Below, piece after piece: positions 21,672-33,334 of a stretch of 64,000 nt of DNA. The notes beneath the pieces were generated by a model that made no database searches, was not told where the DNA came from, and saw nothing but the letters and a program-made list of their open reading frames with translations. Origin of the DNA: an uncultured Acidobacteriota bacterium. GTDB lineage: Bacteria > Acidobacteriota > Vicinamibacteria > Vicinamibacterales > CAVVIG01. Where the stretch lies: positions 1,123 through 65,122 of the forward strand of contig CAVSWN010000012.1 of NCBI GenBank assembly GCA_963731545.1, given 5' to 3'. Position 1 is the stretch's first letter. Each line of letters begins with the position of its first letter. The translations under genes and the position numbers were made by a program.

Positions 21672-23070
21672 TTGCCTCCATGACGATCCCGGTGTCGCGG
21701 CCGCCGCCGAGCGCAATCGCGCACAAGACGGTGAAGAGCACGGCGTTGCCAGGGATCTGCAAACTGAAGTCGACGGTTTCCTGCAGTCCAATCGCTGCCA
21801 GACCGGTGACCGCGCCCACGCGAAGCCAGTACATGGTGGGATCGGGATAGGGATCGCGAAACCGCTGCCACACCGCACGCGCAAACAGGCCGATGGTCAC
21901 GAGCACCGGAATCGCCAGCAGCAGCCCTCCCTCGGACAGGAGCTGCAGATAGTCGTTGTGCGCCTGGAGGTACCGGCTCATGGCGTCGTGCCGCTGGTAG
22001 AAGAACATCGCGACGCCGAACGTGTTCAACCCGGTTCCGGTGATCGGAAAGTCCTTGATGACGCCGAGCGTGTCCTGCCACACACCGAAACGGTTCCCAA
22101 GATTGGAGCCCTGGATGGCCGAGAAGCGATCGAACACCGCGGATGCCCCGGTCCATCCGATGCTGAGGACGGCGAGCAGCAGCAGATAGGCGGTCGCGGC
22201 GATTCGATGGGATGGGACGACGTGCTTCCTCAACATGACCCATCCCAGAATGGCCGCCGCCAGCGCGAACCCGGTCATCCCCGATCGCGACATCGTCAGG
22301 AACATCGACAACGTCATGAAGACACTCGCCGCGCCGATGAGAATCGCCTGGTTCGCTTTCGGCGACGCAAGCCACACCAGCCGATCGCGCCAGCCCGGGC
22401 CCACGTTCCTCGTGGCGCGCCGCAGCCGGGCGCACAGGCAGCCAATCGCGAGCGGAATCGCCATCAGCATCCAGCCGGCAAAATGGTTGTAGTTGACGAA
22501 CGGCCCGAACGGGCTGCTCGACGTAACGCGGCTGCCAGAAGCCGTAAATCTTTCCGTTGAAGCTGGCGCGCTGCATCATCCCGGCAAAGGCCAGGACGAC
22601 GCCGATCACGATGACGCCGTGGACGATGGTGAGGAGATCCTGGCGCGAGAGGATTCTGACGGACCCGACGAGCAGCAGGCTGAGGCTGAGAAAAAAGGCC
22701 AGCGCCACAAATGTCAGGCGCGGCGCAATCGACACCGGGTGAGGCGGCGAACGTGGCGTCCGCGACGCCCTGCGCGTACGCGAAGCTGTAGCTGCGCAGG
22801 AGCGTATCCGTCGCCGGGCTGATTCGCTGCAACATCGCCTGCGGCAGCGGCAGCGAGCTGAAGCGACACAACCAGCGCCGTCGCGAGCAGCCCGAGGATC
22901 ACCGGCCAACCGACTGATGCCTGAACACGGCTCCGGCGGGCCAGCAGTCCGACCAGGCCCAGCATGGCGCTCACCACCAGCAGCGGCACGTAGGCCCAGT
23001 CATAGACTGCGCCGAACGCGAGTGCGCCCCAACCGAGGACGGCCACGACGAGCTTGGGAAATCGGAACAT
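21646..23070 (-). CDS. O-antigen ligase family (Wzy_C) protein; frameshifted
   Basis: GPFVNYNHFAG, SRSG, GTGLNTF and AHNDYLQ motifs; many TM segments. Confidence 0.88.
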
Positions 23071-23088
23071 CGATATCGGAGTGGAGGG

Positions 23089-24255
23089 CTAGCCGATGGC
23101 GAGAGCCGAGAGAATCGCGTGCCGAAACGATCGGTTCTTCAGCAGCGCCATGGCGGCACTGCGGTGCCAGTTGAAGTTCGCTTCCCGGCGCAGCAGCGCG
23201 ATCAGATCGTTGGACTGCGCGACGTCGAAGAGGGCGTCGATGGCCGGATCGTTCAGCCGGCCGGCGATGGCGCGGAACGCCAGGCCCGCGCGAATCTCCG
23301 GTCCGAGGCGCTTCCGCCAGCGCTTTTCGTACACGCGCAGACTGGACTCGTCCAGCGCATCGCGCCGCAAGGCGCCGTCGAGGGTTTCGCCGGCCATCTG
23401 ACCGCTCAACACCCCGTAATAGATGCCTCCGCCGGTTGTCGGCTTGGCGAGGCCGGCGGCATCGCCGACGGCCAGCAGCCGCGGCGCGTAGGTTTTTCGC
23501 ACCGGGGCGAGCGGCAGGATTTTCAGATGCGGCGCCGGCAGGCTGTCGGGGTCGAGGCCCGCCGCTTCGGCGAGTCGTCGTGCGAAGCGGACGAAGCAGC
23601 TGCGCGCGCCGTCGGCGCACATCAGGCCGATCCGCGCGTGCCACGAGTCGCCTCTCTGCAACGGCACCAGCCAGCCGAAGCCGCGCGGTGCGGCATGCTG
23701 GCCAAAGCTCACTTCCACATCGTCGCGACGTGGAAACGGCACTTCGACCTGCGCGGTCTGCATGAACATCTTGGGCGTCCCCAGCCCGAGCTCGCGATGA
23801 AAGCGGTAGCGCGCTCCACAGGCCAGCACGCACGCCCGTGCGCGAAGCGCCGTGGTCTCCCCGCGCACGTTCACGGAGACGCCGCCGGTGCCGATCGCCA
23901 ATCCCTCCACCGTGCTCCCCGTGCGCAGTTCAGCGCCGGCGCGCATCGCGCGATCCGCCAGCGCGCGGTCGAACGCCGGCCGGTCGATGACCGCCGCGCG
24001 CGTGTGATCCGCGTCGGCGTGCAGCGACCGTCCGCTGGCGGACCAGAACCGCGCCGACCCGGTGGTGCCGAGAATGGTTGCACGCGGCAGGTCCAGCTCG
24101 TCGAACGCTTCCGCGCCGATGAGACCCGTGCAGTGCACCGGATATCCGACAGCCGCGTGCTCTTCGAGCACCATGACGTCGTGCCCGCACTCGGCGAGCA
24201 CCCGGGCCGTAGTGAGTCCTGCCGGACCCGCGCCGATGACTACGACGTCGCGCAC
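23089..24255 (-). CDS. FAD-dependent oxidoreductase, geranylgeranyl reductase family
   Basis: VIGAGPAG, C.G, DR..FDR.LA and VGDAAGLAKPTTGGGI. Confidence 0.85.
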   Translation of the reverse strand: MRDVVVIGAGPAGLTTARVLAECGHDVMVLEEHAAVGYPVHCTGLIGAEAFDELDLPRATILGTTGSARFWSASGRSLHADADHTRAAVIDRPAFDRALADRAMRAGAELRTGSTVEGLAIGTGGVSVNVRGETTALRARACVLACGARYRFHRELGLGTPKMFMQTAQVEVPFPRRDDVEVSFGQHAAPRGFGWLVPLQRGDSWHARIGLMCADGARSCFVRFARRLAEAAGLDPDSLPAPHLKILPLAPVRKTYAPRLLAVGDAAGLAKPTTGGGIYYGVLSGQMAGETLDGALRRDALDESSLRVYEKRWRKRLGPEIRAGLAFRAIAGRLNDPAIDALFDVAQSNDLIALLRREANFNWHRSAAMALLKNRSFRHAILSALAIG

Positions 24256-24996
24256 ACGTCCCCCTGTCCGGTTTTGGCTTTTCTCCACGCGCCCGCCCGC
24301 CGGGATCGTGTGAATCGCTCGTCGTGGGCGCTCTCCCAGGTTCCGTGGAAAGAAATCCAGAACGACACGAGAATCAGGCGAAGGTCGAGCCACATCGATT
24401 GCCTGGAGATATAGATCCGGTCGTAGCGGAACTTGTTGCGACGGGGGATGTCGCGGGCCGCGTAGATCTGCGCGATGCCGGTGAGACCCGGGCGCACCGC
24501 GCACCGCTCGACGAATCCGGGCACCGCTTCGAGCGGAACGAACTCGCCGTCACCGCTGGTTTCGATCTCCCCGGGCCGAAGCGCGCGCGGGCCGACGAAG
24601 CTCATGTCGCCGCGGAAAATGTTCCAGAGCTGCGGGAGCTCGTCCATCGCCGTCGCGCGCATCGCGCGGCCGACGCGGGTGACGCGCGAATCGTGACGCT
24701 GGGCCTGGACGGCGCCAACGCCGTCTTCGGCGTTGACCACCATCGATCGGAACTTCAGCACGTTGAACACCCGTCCGTCGCGGCCGACACGCTCCTGCCG
24801 GTAGAACACGGGCCCACCGTCCTCGAGCTTGATGGCTGCGGCGAAGAGTCCCCACAGCGGGGCTGATCCGAGCAAGCCGACGCCGGACAGCAGGCCGTCG
24901 AACGCCCGCTTGATCGACTCCGGCGCTCGGCGATTCGCCAGCGGCCGCAGCCGGGGCGACGCGCGGCCGGTTCAACGAAATGGAGAGTGTTGTCAT
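24240..24996 (-). CDS. Priming sugar transferase (Bac_transf); frameshift near the 5' end
   Basis: KRAFD, GPVFYRQERVG, KFRSM, DELPQL.N...GDMSFVGPR and RPGLTG.AQ. Confidence 0.9.
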
Positions 24997-25040
24997 GGCG
25001 GAATCCTCGTCGGGGAGCGATGTGCGTCAGCCGGGGAAGG

Positions 25041-27384
25041 TCATTGAACGGGCAGCGCCTGACTGCTCGCGGCTGCCTGATACGACTTGTAGTCGCGGCG
25101 GTAGTAGGTGGAATAGTAGTAAGAGTCTTTCTCGATGTTGACGCGGTTCAGGATCACGCCGAACAGCTTGCCCTTCGCCGTCGCCGTCAGACTGTCGATG
25201 GCCGCGCGAGCGACGTGACGGCTGGTCATCTCGCAGCCGACCACGAAGACGACGCCCGAGGCGGTGTGCGCGATGACCGAGGCGTCGGCCACCGCCATCA
25301 CCGGCGGCGTGTCGAGGATGACCCAGTCGAAATAGTCGCGGAGCGACGCCAGAAACGATTTGAACCGCGGTGAGCCGAACAGGTCGGCCGGTCGCGGCGG
25401 CGCCGGACCTGCGGTAATCAGCCAGAGGCCGGGAATGAAGCTCTCGCGGATCACCTGGCTCGCCTCGACGTTGGTGACCATGAGATTCGAGAGACCAGGC
25501 TCGAGGTCCTGGTCGAACAGATCGTGGAGGCGCGGACGCCGCAGGTCGGCGTCAATCAACAGCACGCGCAGACCCGCCTGCGCCAGCGTGATCGCCAGGT
25601 TGCTGGACAGCAGCGTCTTGCCTTCGCGCGGCGCCGAGCTCGTGACGACGAGGGACTTCGATCCCTCCTCGGCAGATGAGAAGAGGACGCCGGTTCGCAC
25701 GTTCATGAAGGCTTCGGTGAAACCCGGCGACACGTTGGCCGAGCTGAGCAGCGGTGTGCCGACGGCCGCTTCCTTCCGCGACAGCGCGGGGACCATGCCG
25801 AGCAGCGGCAGGTGCAGCATGCGTTCTGACCTCGGACGGCGATTTGATCCGGTCGTCGAGGTACTCCATCGTGAACGCCAGCCCGATCGACAGGATGGCG
25901 CCGCCGAAGACGGCGAGGAGGATCGCCATCGACTTGTTGGGCCTGGACGGCCGCCGCGGGATCTCCGCGGCGTCGACGACGCGAATGTTGCTGGTTTTCA
26001 GTTCGCCGCCAATGCCGGTTTCCTTGGCGCGCTGCAGCAGGCTCTCGTAGACCTGACGGTTCGTCTCGCGCTCGCGGCGGATCACGCCGTACTCGATGCC
26101 CTTGCGACTGAGCTGCAGCACCTCGGCCTTCTGCGCATCGAGCGACCCGGTGAGCGCCTTTTCCTGCGCCGCGGCCGCGAGGTAATCGTTCTCGATGGCA
26201 GTCGACGACCTTGGCAATCTCGGCCTGCAGCCTCGCCTCGGTGCCCTGCGATCGTCGAGCGCATCTTGAGGATGTCGGGATGCTTGTCGCCGAGGTTTTC
26301 CGCGAGCTGCACCAGCTGGCTCTGGCGCTCGGCGAGGTCGCCCTTCAGCTGCTGAATGAACGTGTTCGAGAGGATGGCGGGAATCGAGTCGCGGACCGCG
26401 GGATCGCCCTGGATCGAGCGCACGCGATTGTGGAGCGCCTCTTTCTGCATCCGCTCCGCGCGCGCTTTGGTGACCGCGGCGTTCAAGTCCGCGAGCCGCT
26501 GCACCACGATGTTCTCGCGGTCCTCGAGGGCCACGGCGTCGCCCCTTTCGCGGTATTGCTGGAGCGCCAGCTCGCTCGCTTCCACCTTCGCCCGCTGCTC
26601 GGTCAGCTGCTGGCCGAGCCAGTCGCTGGCTTCCTTCGACGCCATGAACTTCACCGACATGGTCGAGTCGATGTACGCCCGAACCACGGCATTGACCACC
26701 TGCGCCGCCCGCGAGGGATTGGTCGACACGAACCGCACGTCGACCAGGCGGCTGTTGCGAATCGGGGTGATGACGAGGCGTTTGAGAAACGCATCGATGG
26801 TCCGCGATTGGGCCGCCGTCTCGCCCGGCTCCAATCCGACGGCCGCGGCCGCCGATTGTTCGGCGGCCGCGCCTCCCAATCCCCAGGAAGTCGGTCACGG
26901 CCTTCACCGACCGCTCGAAGCGATCGCCGCTCAGCCGCCGGCCCCACGAGAACACCACTCGCTTCCATTCCGACTCGTCGTCGTTCGCAAACTCGTCGAG
27001 GGTCCAGAGGCCGAGCGCGTCGATCGTCTTGTGCGCGAGCGATCGGCTCTGGAGAATCTTGTACTGCGTCTGGTAATAGTCCGTGGTCGTCTTGTCCTGT
27101 TCGATGACCTGCTTGAATGCCACGACGTTCGGCGTCTCGGATTCGATGAGGAGCTGAGCGCGGGCTTCGTAGACGAGCCGTCGCCGTGAAGACGTAGGCC
27201 GTGACGGCGCCCACGACCAGTAGAAAGACGGTCAGGGCAATCCAGCGCCGCTTGTAGAGGACGCGGACATAGTCGAGCAGGTGCGTCCCTTCGGACTGAT
27301 CGTATGCGGCCGGATCGACGGAGCCTGGCGCGGCTGTCTCTTCCGGTTGCGACGCGTGAGGATTCGGGCAGTGTTGCCTGTCAT
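25041..27384 (-). CDS. wzc: Polysaccharide co-polymerase/tyrosine autokinase; frameshifted
   Basis: TQYKILQSR, coiled-coil region, PSRP-TM, Walker A SAPREGKT, IDADLRRP, LDTPP and C-terminal Tyr cluster SYYYSTYY. Confidence 0.92.
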
Positions 27385-28213
27385 CACAGGAACCTCTCCG
27401 GAACGATGATGGTGTCGAAGGGCTGCACGAGATCGGTCAGCTTGATCCCAATCTCCTTGCGTTTCCCGTCCACATTGCGAACGACTTTGATGCGACGCCG
27501 TGGACCCGCGATCGGTCACGCCGCCGGCCAGTGACAGCGCCTGAAGGACGGTCGTGCCCTTCTTGATCGGATAGCCGCCGGGGTTTCTGACATGGCCGAA
27601 GACGTAGATGACTTCCGAGGTCGGCACGAAAACCGTGTCGCCGTCGCGGAGCGCGACATTCGTCGCCAGGGCTCCGGCCGCCAGCTCGCGGAGATCGATC
27701 TTCAGCACCTCGGCGGCTTCATCCTGATCCGGCAGGATCGGCGCGCTGTTCCCGGCGATGCTCGATCGCAGGATGACGACCTCGCCGCTGGCGTTCGTCG
27801 TCGTGTATCCGGCGCGGGCCAGGACTTCGATGAGCGTCATGTCCCCGGTGATGGGATAGGTGCCTGGCGTGTGCACCTCGCCCATGACGAAGACGCGTTG
27901 ACTGCGATACTGCTCGACGGCCACGCTGATTTGAGGGTTCTTGAGAAAGCCGTCGGACAGACGCTTCTTCAACTCCTCTTCGACCTGCCGCAGCAGCAGG
28001 CCCCCCACCTTCACGCGTCCGACGAGCGGGAAGGTGAACGTGCCGTCGGCTTCCACCGTGAACTTTCCGGACAGGGAGGCTTGCTCGAAGACCGTGATCG
28101 CGAGCACGTCCTCCGGTCCGACGACGTAGTTGCTGCGCTGCGCGGCGAGCGGCGCCGCCAACAGACACGATGTGAGCCACAGCCAAGAGCCACAGCCAGT
28201 ATTTAGAACGCAT
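27384..28213 (-). CDS. wza: Polysaccharide export protein (Poly_export + SLBB); frameshifted
   Basis: YVVGPEDVL.I.V, DGTFTFPLVG, V.GEV..PG.Y and LRDGDTVFVP. Confidence 0.9.
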
Positions 28214-29412
28214 AAGTCACCGAGGCGCCCGCATGGGTGCCGTTGAAGGCGCGATCCGATGCCGGCGACCGCCGGCGTATGTGGTCGACGACAAAGGCGA
28301 GGCGCGTTCCGCCGCTCGTGCGGCGGCCGATCTCCGCGCCGTAAACAACCACTGAATCGGTTCGCGTTGCCTGGGGAGCAGTTGTCGCGACGGTGCCGCG
28401 ATAGTCGAGCCATTGACGGCCCAGTCGGACCTGCGTGTCCCACCGGCCGCGGAGGCTCTGGGTCACCGACGCGGTGATCGCATTGAGCACGTAATAGGAC
28501 TGCTGAATCTCGAATGAGTAGCCGACGTCCCGTTCGACGCGGGCGCCGAACCGCGTGAGCTCGCGGAACCGGTAGCCGAGATCCACGGACGCGACGGGCC
28601 CGGTGAAATCACCGATCGCCGGGTCGTAGAAATCCAGCTTGCGATAGCCGATGTGCGCCTTGCCGCTCAACTGCGCGAGCGGGTCGAACTCGAGGCCGGA
28701 TGTCATCCGCACGCTCTCGGCGTCGCGGATCGGCAGAAACTGGAAGTGCTCGCGCCCCGAGTCGCCGGACAGGACGAACGTCGTGATGGGTGTGACCTTG
28801 TAGCTCAGCGACGCGGTCACGGACTCCTGCGTGCGATTCAGCGTCTGGCTGAGGAACGTTCCGTGGAACAGCGCCGCGCCGTCGAAGTCGAGCTGCGCCG
28901 TCTGCCAGGAGAAGCCGATCCGCGTCCTGGGCCCGAGGTCGCTGTCGGTGCCGATTTGTCGCGTCCGTCGTCTTGCGTCGCACCCGGGCGTCGATTTCGT
29001 AGCCCTGGCGTTCCCGCGAACGGACGAACGACCCCATCACATACGGCGTGAACCACCGCAGCGGGTAGGCGACGCGGGCTTGCGCATCGGTATTGAAGGA
29101 ACGCTCGCTGGCATAGTGGCTGAAATACGCGTAGTCGACCGCAGCCGTCGCGGTCGTGCGCGTCCGGGCGATGCGCGACCAGGCATCGACGCGGGGACCA
29201 GCGACGGTCACGAAGTCTCGTTTCGGATTGACGATCTCGTTGAACACGTTGGTATCGATTCCGATCGTCTTGAGCACGACGGTGGGAGTCAGGGCCACCG
29301 GACCAATCCGGAGGCGGGCCGTGCTGAACGCGTCAGGCTGTTCCTGTGCGCGGGCCGCCGTCGCCCACAGCAGCAGGAACGCCACGACCCACGCATGCCT
29401 CGAAGGAGTCAC
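28203..29412 (-). CDS. Outer-membrane beta-barrel protein associated with polysaccharide export; frameshifted
   Basis: Signal peptide, DTNVF, amphipathic strands, C-terminal YAF, adjacent to wza. Confidence 0.8.
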
Positions 29413-29436
29413 GCAATCGCTCTCGCATGCGAACGT

Positions 29437-29925
29437 TTATTGCGCGCCGGAGATGACCGAGCCGGCGGTCAGGGCCGACACCAGCCCGGCCACGGCGGCG
29501 ACGCCGAGCAGCCAGTAGCCCACCGGCACTTTGTTTCCACACTCGATTTCGAGCTTGCGCATTTCGAACGTCGTCGGCGTGAGGACGAACGGACCCTCCG
29601 TGCACACGACCTCCGACTTCTTCACGTGGACGAGCTGCAGCAGGTAGTTGCCCGGCACGTTCAGCGCGCTCAACGAGAATCCGCCTTCTTCGGTCAGCGG
29701 CGTGCGCGTCACGACGCCTGACCGATCCAGATCGACGACCCAGACGGCGTAGTCGGGGAACGGCTTCTTGGCTTCCTTCTTCGCGGTCCCCTCGAGGACG
29801 CCAGTCGACTTGCCCGGCGTCGGCTGGTTGCTGCCCGCTGGCATGGAACGGCACGGCGATCATGCCGGCGAGGAGAACGGCCGTCATAAGCGGCGGATGC
29901 GGCGGATGGTGGCGTGGCTAGACAT
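29437..29925 (-). CDS. Secreted hypothetical protein with C-terminal hydrophobic anchor; frameshifted, start uncertain
   Basis: Signal-like AVLLAGMIAVP, small beta domain with two Cys, tail VPVGYWLLGVAAVAGLVSAL. Confidence 0.55.
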
Positions 29926-29945
29926 CTCTGAGCCCTCCATAGGCG

Positions 29946-30984
29946 TCATGCGTGTTTCCGCCGGACCAGATTGAGCCGGCGGACTTTTCGATACAGATTC
30001 GTGCGTTGCAGACCCAGCGCGCGGGCGGCCTCGTCCATGCGCCCGTGGAACTGCTGCAGGATCGCCGCGATGTAGTGGCGCTCGAACTGCGCGCGCGCAT
30101 CCCGCAGCGTCGTCGGCGATCCCGACAGCGTCAGGCTGTGTTCGAGGTGCACGTGAGCGAGGACGTCTTCCAGCCGAATCGAGGGTTCGGAACCCGAGAG
30201 CACCAGCCGCTCGAGCAGATCCCGGAGCTCGCTCACGTTCCCTGGCCACGGCAGCGCCGTCAGCAGCGTGACGGCCGGCTGCGTCGCCACGCGCGGCGGC
30301 GTCCCGGTCTTGCGTCCGATCTCTTTCAAGAAGTGATTGACGAGGAGCGGCACGTCCTCGCGCCGCTGCCGCAGCGACGGCACGTGGATGCGGACGGCGG
30401 ACAGCTGGTCGAGCAAGTCGATGCGGAGCCGTCCGTCCTTCAGCAGCGTCTCCGGCGACGGTCCGACGGATGCGATCGGCCGGAAGTCGACGCGGGCCAC
30501 GATTTTTTCGTCGGCGATCCGCGCTTCCTTGTCGCGCAGCAGGCGGCTCAGTCTCGACTGAACACGCGCCGGCATTTCGGCGATGTTCTCCAGGAAGAGC
30601 GTGCCGCCGTGGGCGCGGTAGGCGCAGCCCGATCGCGCGATTCGATCGTCGGCCATGGCGTTCGGCCTGGGTGTCGGTTTGCGGCGCGGCCACCGCGCCG
30701 AACAGCTCCTGCTCGATGTCGTCGGGCGTGCGACCTGCGCAGTCGAGCACGACGAAGGGACTCTGAGACGCGCTGCACGCGTGGATCGCCCGCGCGATCA
30801 ACGCGCGACCGGTGCCGTCCTCACCGCAGACCAGCACGCCGCAGCGTCGCGACGCCGCGCGCTTGATCAGCGCGACGACCCGGTGCATGGCTTGCGACAC
30901 ACCGAACACCGCACATGACGGATCCTCGGGAACGAAGAGGAGCGGCGGCGCCGCGAGGAACGAATCCGCGGAGATCGTCATCAT
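29946..30984 (-). CDS. Degenerate NtrC-like AAA+/Fis-HTH transcriptional regulator; frameshifted
   Basis: GEDGTGR..IARAIH, PFVVLDC, GGTLFLEN, WPGNVSEL and AARALGLQRTNLYRK; no GAFTGA and no REC domain. Confidence 0.85.
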
Positions 30985-31050
30985 GGCGCATGCGTGCATC
31001 GGCCTCAGGGCTGTACGTCGCGGCGGTTTCGTGTCTCGTAGGCACGGTCG

Positions 31051-31632
31051 CTATTTTTCGAGTTTGGTTGGGGCGCCGTCGGGACCGTAGACGAGCCGGC
31101 GGTCGGGTACACCTTTGCCTGAGAGGTCGAACCCGATCGTCGACAGCGTGCCGTTCACGTAGGTCTCCCACTTGTCGACCCGGGCATCGCCGTTGGTGTC
31201 TTCTTCGGCTCTCACGCGGACGCCTTTCTCGTAGAACTCGCGGCGAGAGATGTTGCCGTCTCGTCGCGTCGACATCTCGATGCGATCGACGACCGCGGTC
31301 GACCAGGGAAGGGCTTGGGGCGCCACCGCCGCGGCGGCCACGCGCACGGGCTGTCCGTCCGCGACGTAGTACTCCCAGCGATCCACTCGGCCATCGCCGT
31401 TCTCGTCAGCCTCGGCGCGAACGAGTCGTTCGCCTTCCAGGTAGGCGCGCACGTCCACTTTGCCGTCGTTGTCGAGGTCGTAGGTCAGTTGTTGAAGGCG
31501 AGAGGTCTCTGGACTGTAGGTCGCGCGCATCCGGCCGCCGAGCGCCTCGATCTCGTTCTCGGGCGGGGACGCGCATCCGAGAAAACTGGCGCCGGCAAGA
31601 CAAACCGCCGCCGCCCAGACTGTCACGCCCAC
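31051..31632 (-). CDS. Lipoprotein with repeated Dx(N/D)xDGxxD motifs
   Basis: Lipobox FLGC; DLDNDGKVD, DENGDGRVDRWEYY and DTNGDARVDKWETY. Confidence 0.75.
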   Translation of the reverse strand: MGVTVWAAAVCLAGASFLGCASPPENEIEALGGRMRATYSPETSRLQQLTYDLDNDGKVDVRAYLEGERLVRAEADENGDGRVDRWEYYVADGQPVRVAAAAVAPQALPWSTAVVDRIEMSTRRDGNISRREFYEKGVRVRAEEDTNGDARVDKWETYVNGTLSTIGFDLSGKGVPDRRLVYGPDGAPTKLEK

Positions 31633-31700
31633 GTCTCTACAGCTCCGCCCTCTGACTTACATGTATGCATTCGATCCCGATCGACCCTTTCAAGCCGCGC

Positions 31701-31740
31701 GCTGTATCACATCGCGCAGTCGTGCGCCGTGTGATACGGC
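31701..31740. promoter_or_regulatory. Inverted repeat upstream of the polysaccharide locus
   Basis: GCTGTATCACAT-CGCGCA-GTCG-TGCGCC-GTGTGATACGGC stem. Confidence 0.4.
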
Positions 31741-31862
31741 TATGTTCACGATAGGGCTACCGGAGCGAACGCGAAATAGTTGAGAGACTGGTTCTACGTG
31801 TGGCGAGCGACTCGATTTGTTGTGGGAGGAGAGTGAAGGGGGGAACGTAGTGAGATCCTGAC

Positions 31863-32505
31863 TTACGGCACCAGGCCCATCTCCAGCGCATAGCGAATCA
31901 GTTCCGCGGTGGTTTTGAAGCTCAGTTTTTCGAGGACGCGAGCGCGATACGTACTTACAGCATTGACACTCAGCGAGAGCTCCCTCGCGATGTCGCCGAC
32001 GCTCTTCCCGGACGCAAGCATCGTCATCACGGAATACTCGCGAGCCGACAGTCGCTCGTGTGGCGGCCTGTCCGATCGTGCCATCGAGCTGCTCCGCCAA
32101 CCGCTCCGCCATCGTTTCGCTGACGTACGTCCCGCCGCCGATGATCTTCCGGACCGCGTTCACGAGCTCCGTGGGCGCCGCGCCTTTGCACAAGTAGCCG
32201 GACCCTCCGGCCTTCAGGACGCGGTGGCCGAACTGGTTCTCGGGGTGCACGCTGAGCACGAGGATCGGAAGGCTCGGATGGTTCGCCTTCAGCGTTTTCA
32301 AGACTTCGAAGCCGCCAGGTCCAGGCATGCTGAGATCGAGGATCACGATGTCCCAGTCATCCTGACCGGCGAGCTCCAACACCTCTCGCGCGTTGCACGC
32401 TTCCTCCGTTCGCAAAACCTCGACGTCTCGAGCCAGAATCTGTCGCAAGCCAGCCCGAACCACTGGATGGTCGTCCGCGATGAGGATCTTCAGACCTTTG
32501 CTCAT
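31863..32505 (-). CDS. NarL/LuxR family response regulator; frameshifted
   Basis: IADDHP, ILDLSMPG, GYLCK, LSARE and IARELSLS...STYR. Confidence 0.9.
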
Positions 32506-32690
32506 TACTGCATCAGCGGTGTTCGCCGTGCGTCAGGACGCCGACATCGCGGAAAGAGGGAGTCAAGGATTCGTGCAACAACGCTATGAATGGCCGAGGA
32601 CAGCAAGGAAGCGAGTATACGGGTCGCAACGGCGTCAGCGGAATAGGCGAAAGGCTGAGGTTTCAGTCGAACGATCACTACAAGTGCGCG

Positions 32691-33324
32691 CTATTCTACC
32701 AGCCCTTTCTCGATCGCGTACCGAATCAACTCGGCGGCGCGCTTCACCTGCAGCGTCCGGAAGATCCGGGTTCGGTAGGTGGCCACCGTCTTCGCGCTCA
32801 GAGATAGTTCGGCAGCGATTTCACGAATCGTCTTGCCACGGGCCATCATGGTCATGACGAGGTACTCGCGGTCCGACAGACCCTCGTGCGCCGACCGCTC
32901 CGGGGCCGCGCCCAGGCGCGTCGCGAGCTTTTCGGCGAGAGCAGGACTCACGTACTTGCGGCCTTCGACGACCCTGCGAATCGCCTTGACGAGCTCCTCG
33001 GGAACGCTCTCCTTGGTGAGGTAGCCCGAGGCCCCGGCCTTGAGAACCCGCTCGGCGAATTGATCTTCCGGGTGGACGCTCGAGAATCAGGACCGGCAGC
33101 GTCGGATGTTCGTGCTTCAAGTCCTTCAGGATTTCCAACCCGCCGCGACCCGGCATCGACAGATCCAGCACGACGACGTCCCACGGTTGCCGGCGCGCCA
33201 GATCGAGGGTCTCGGCCGGCGTTTGGGCGTCGCCGACGCGACCGATGTCGGCCTCGGCGGAGAGAATCTGCTTCAGACCGGACAGGACGATGGGGTGATC
33301 ATCCGCGATCAGGACTCGCAGCAT
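32691..33324 (-). CDS. NarL/LuxR family response regulator; frameshifted
   Basis: IADDHP, VLDLSMPG, LSDRE and IAAELSLSAKTVATYR. Confidence 0.9.
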
Positions 33325-33334
33325 CGGCTGAGGT

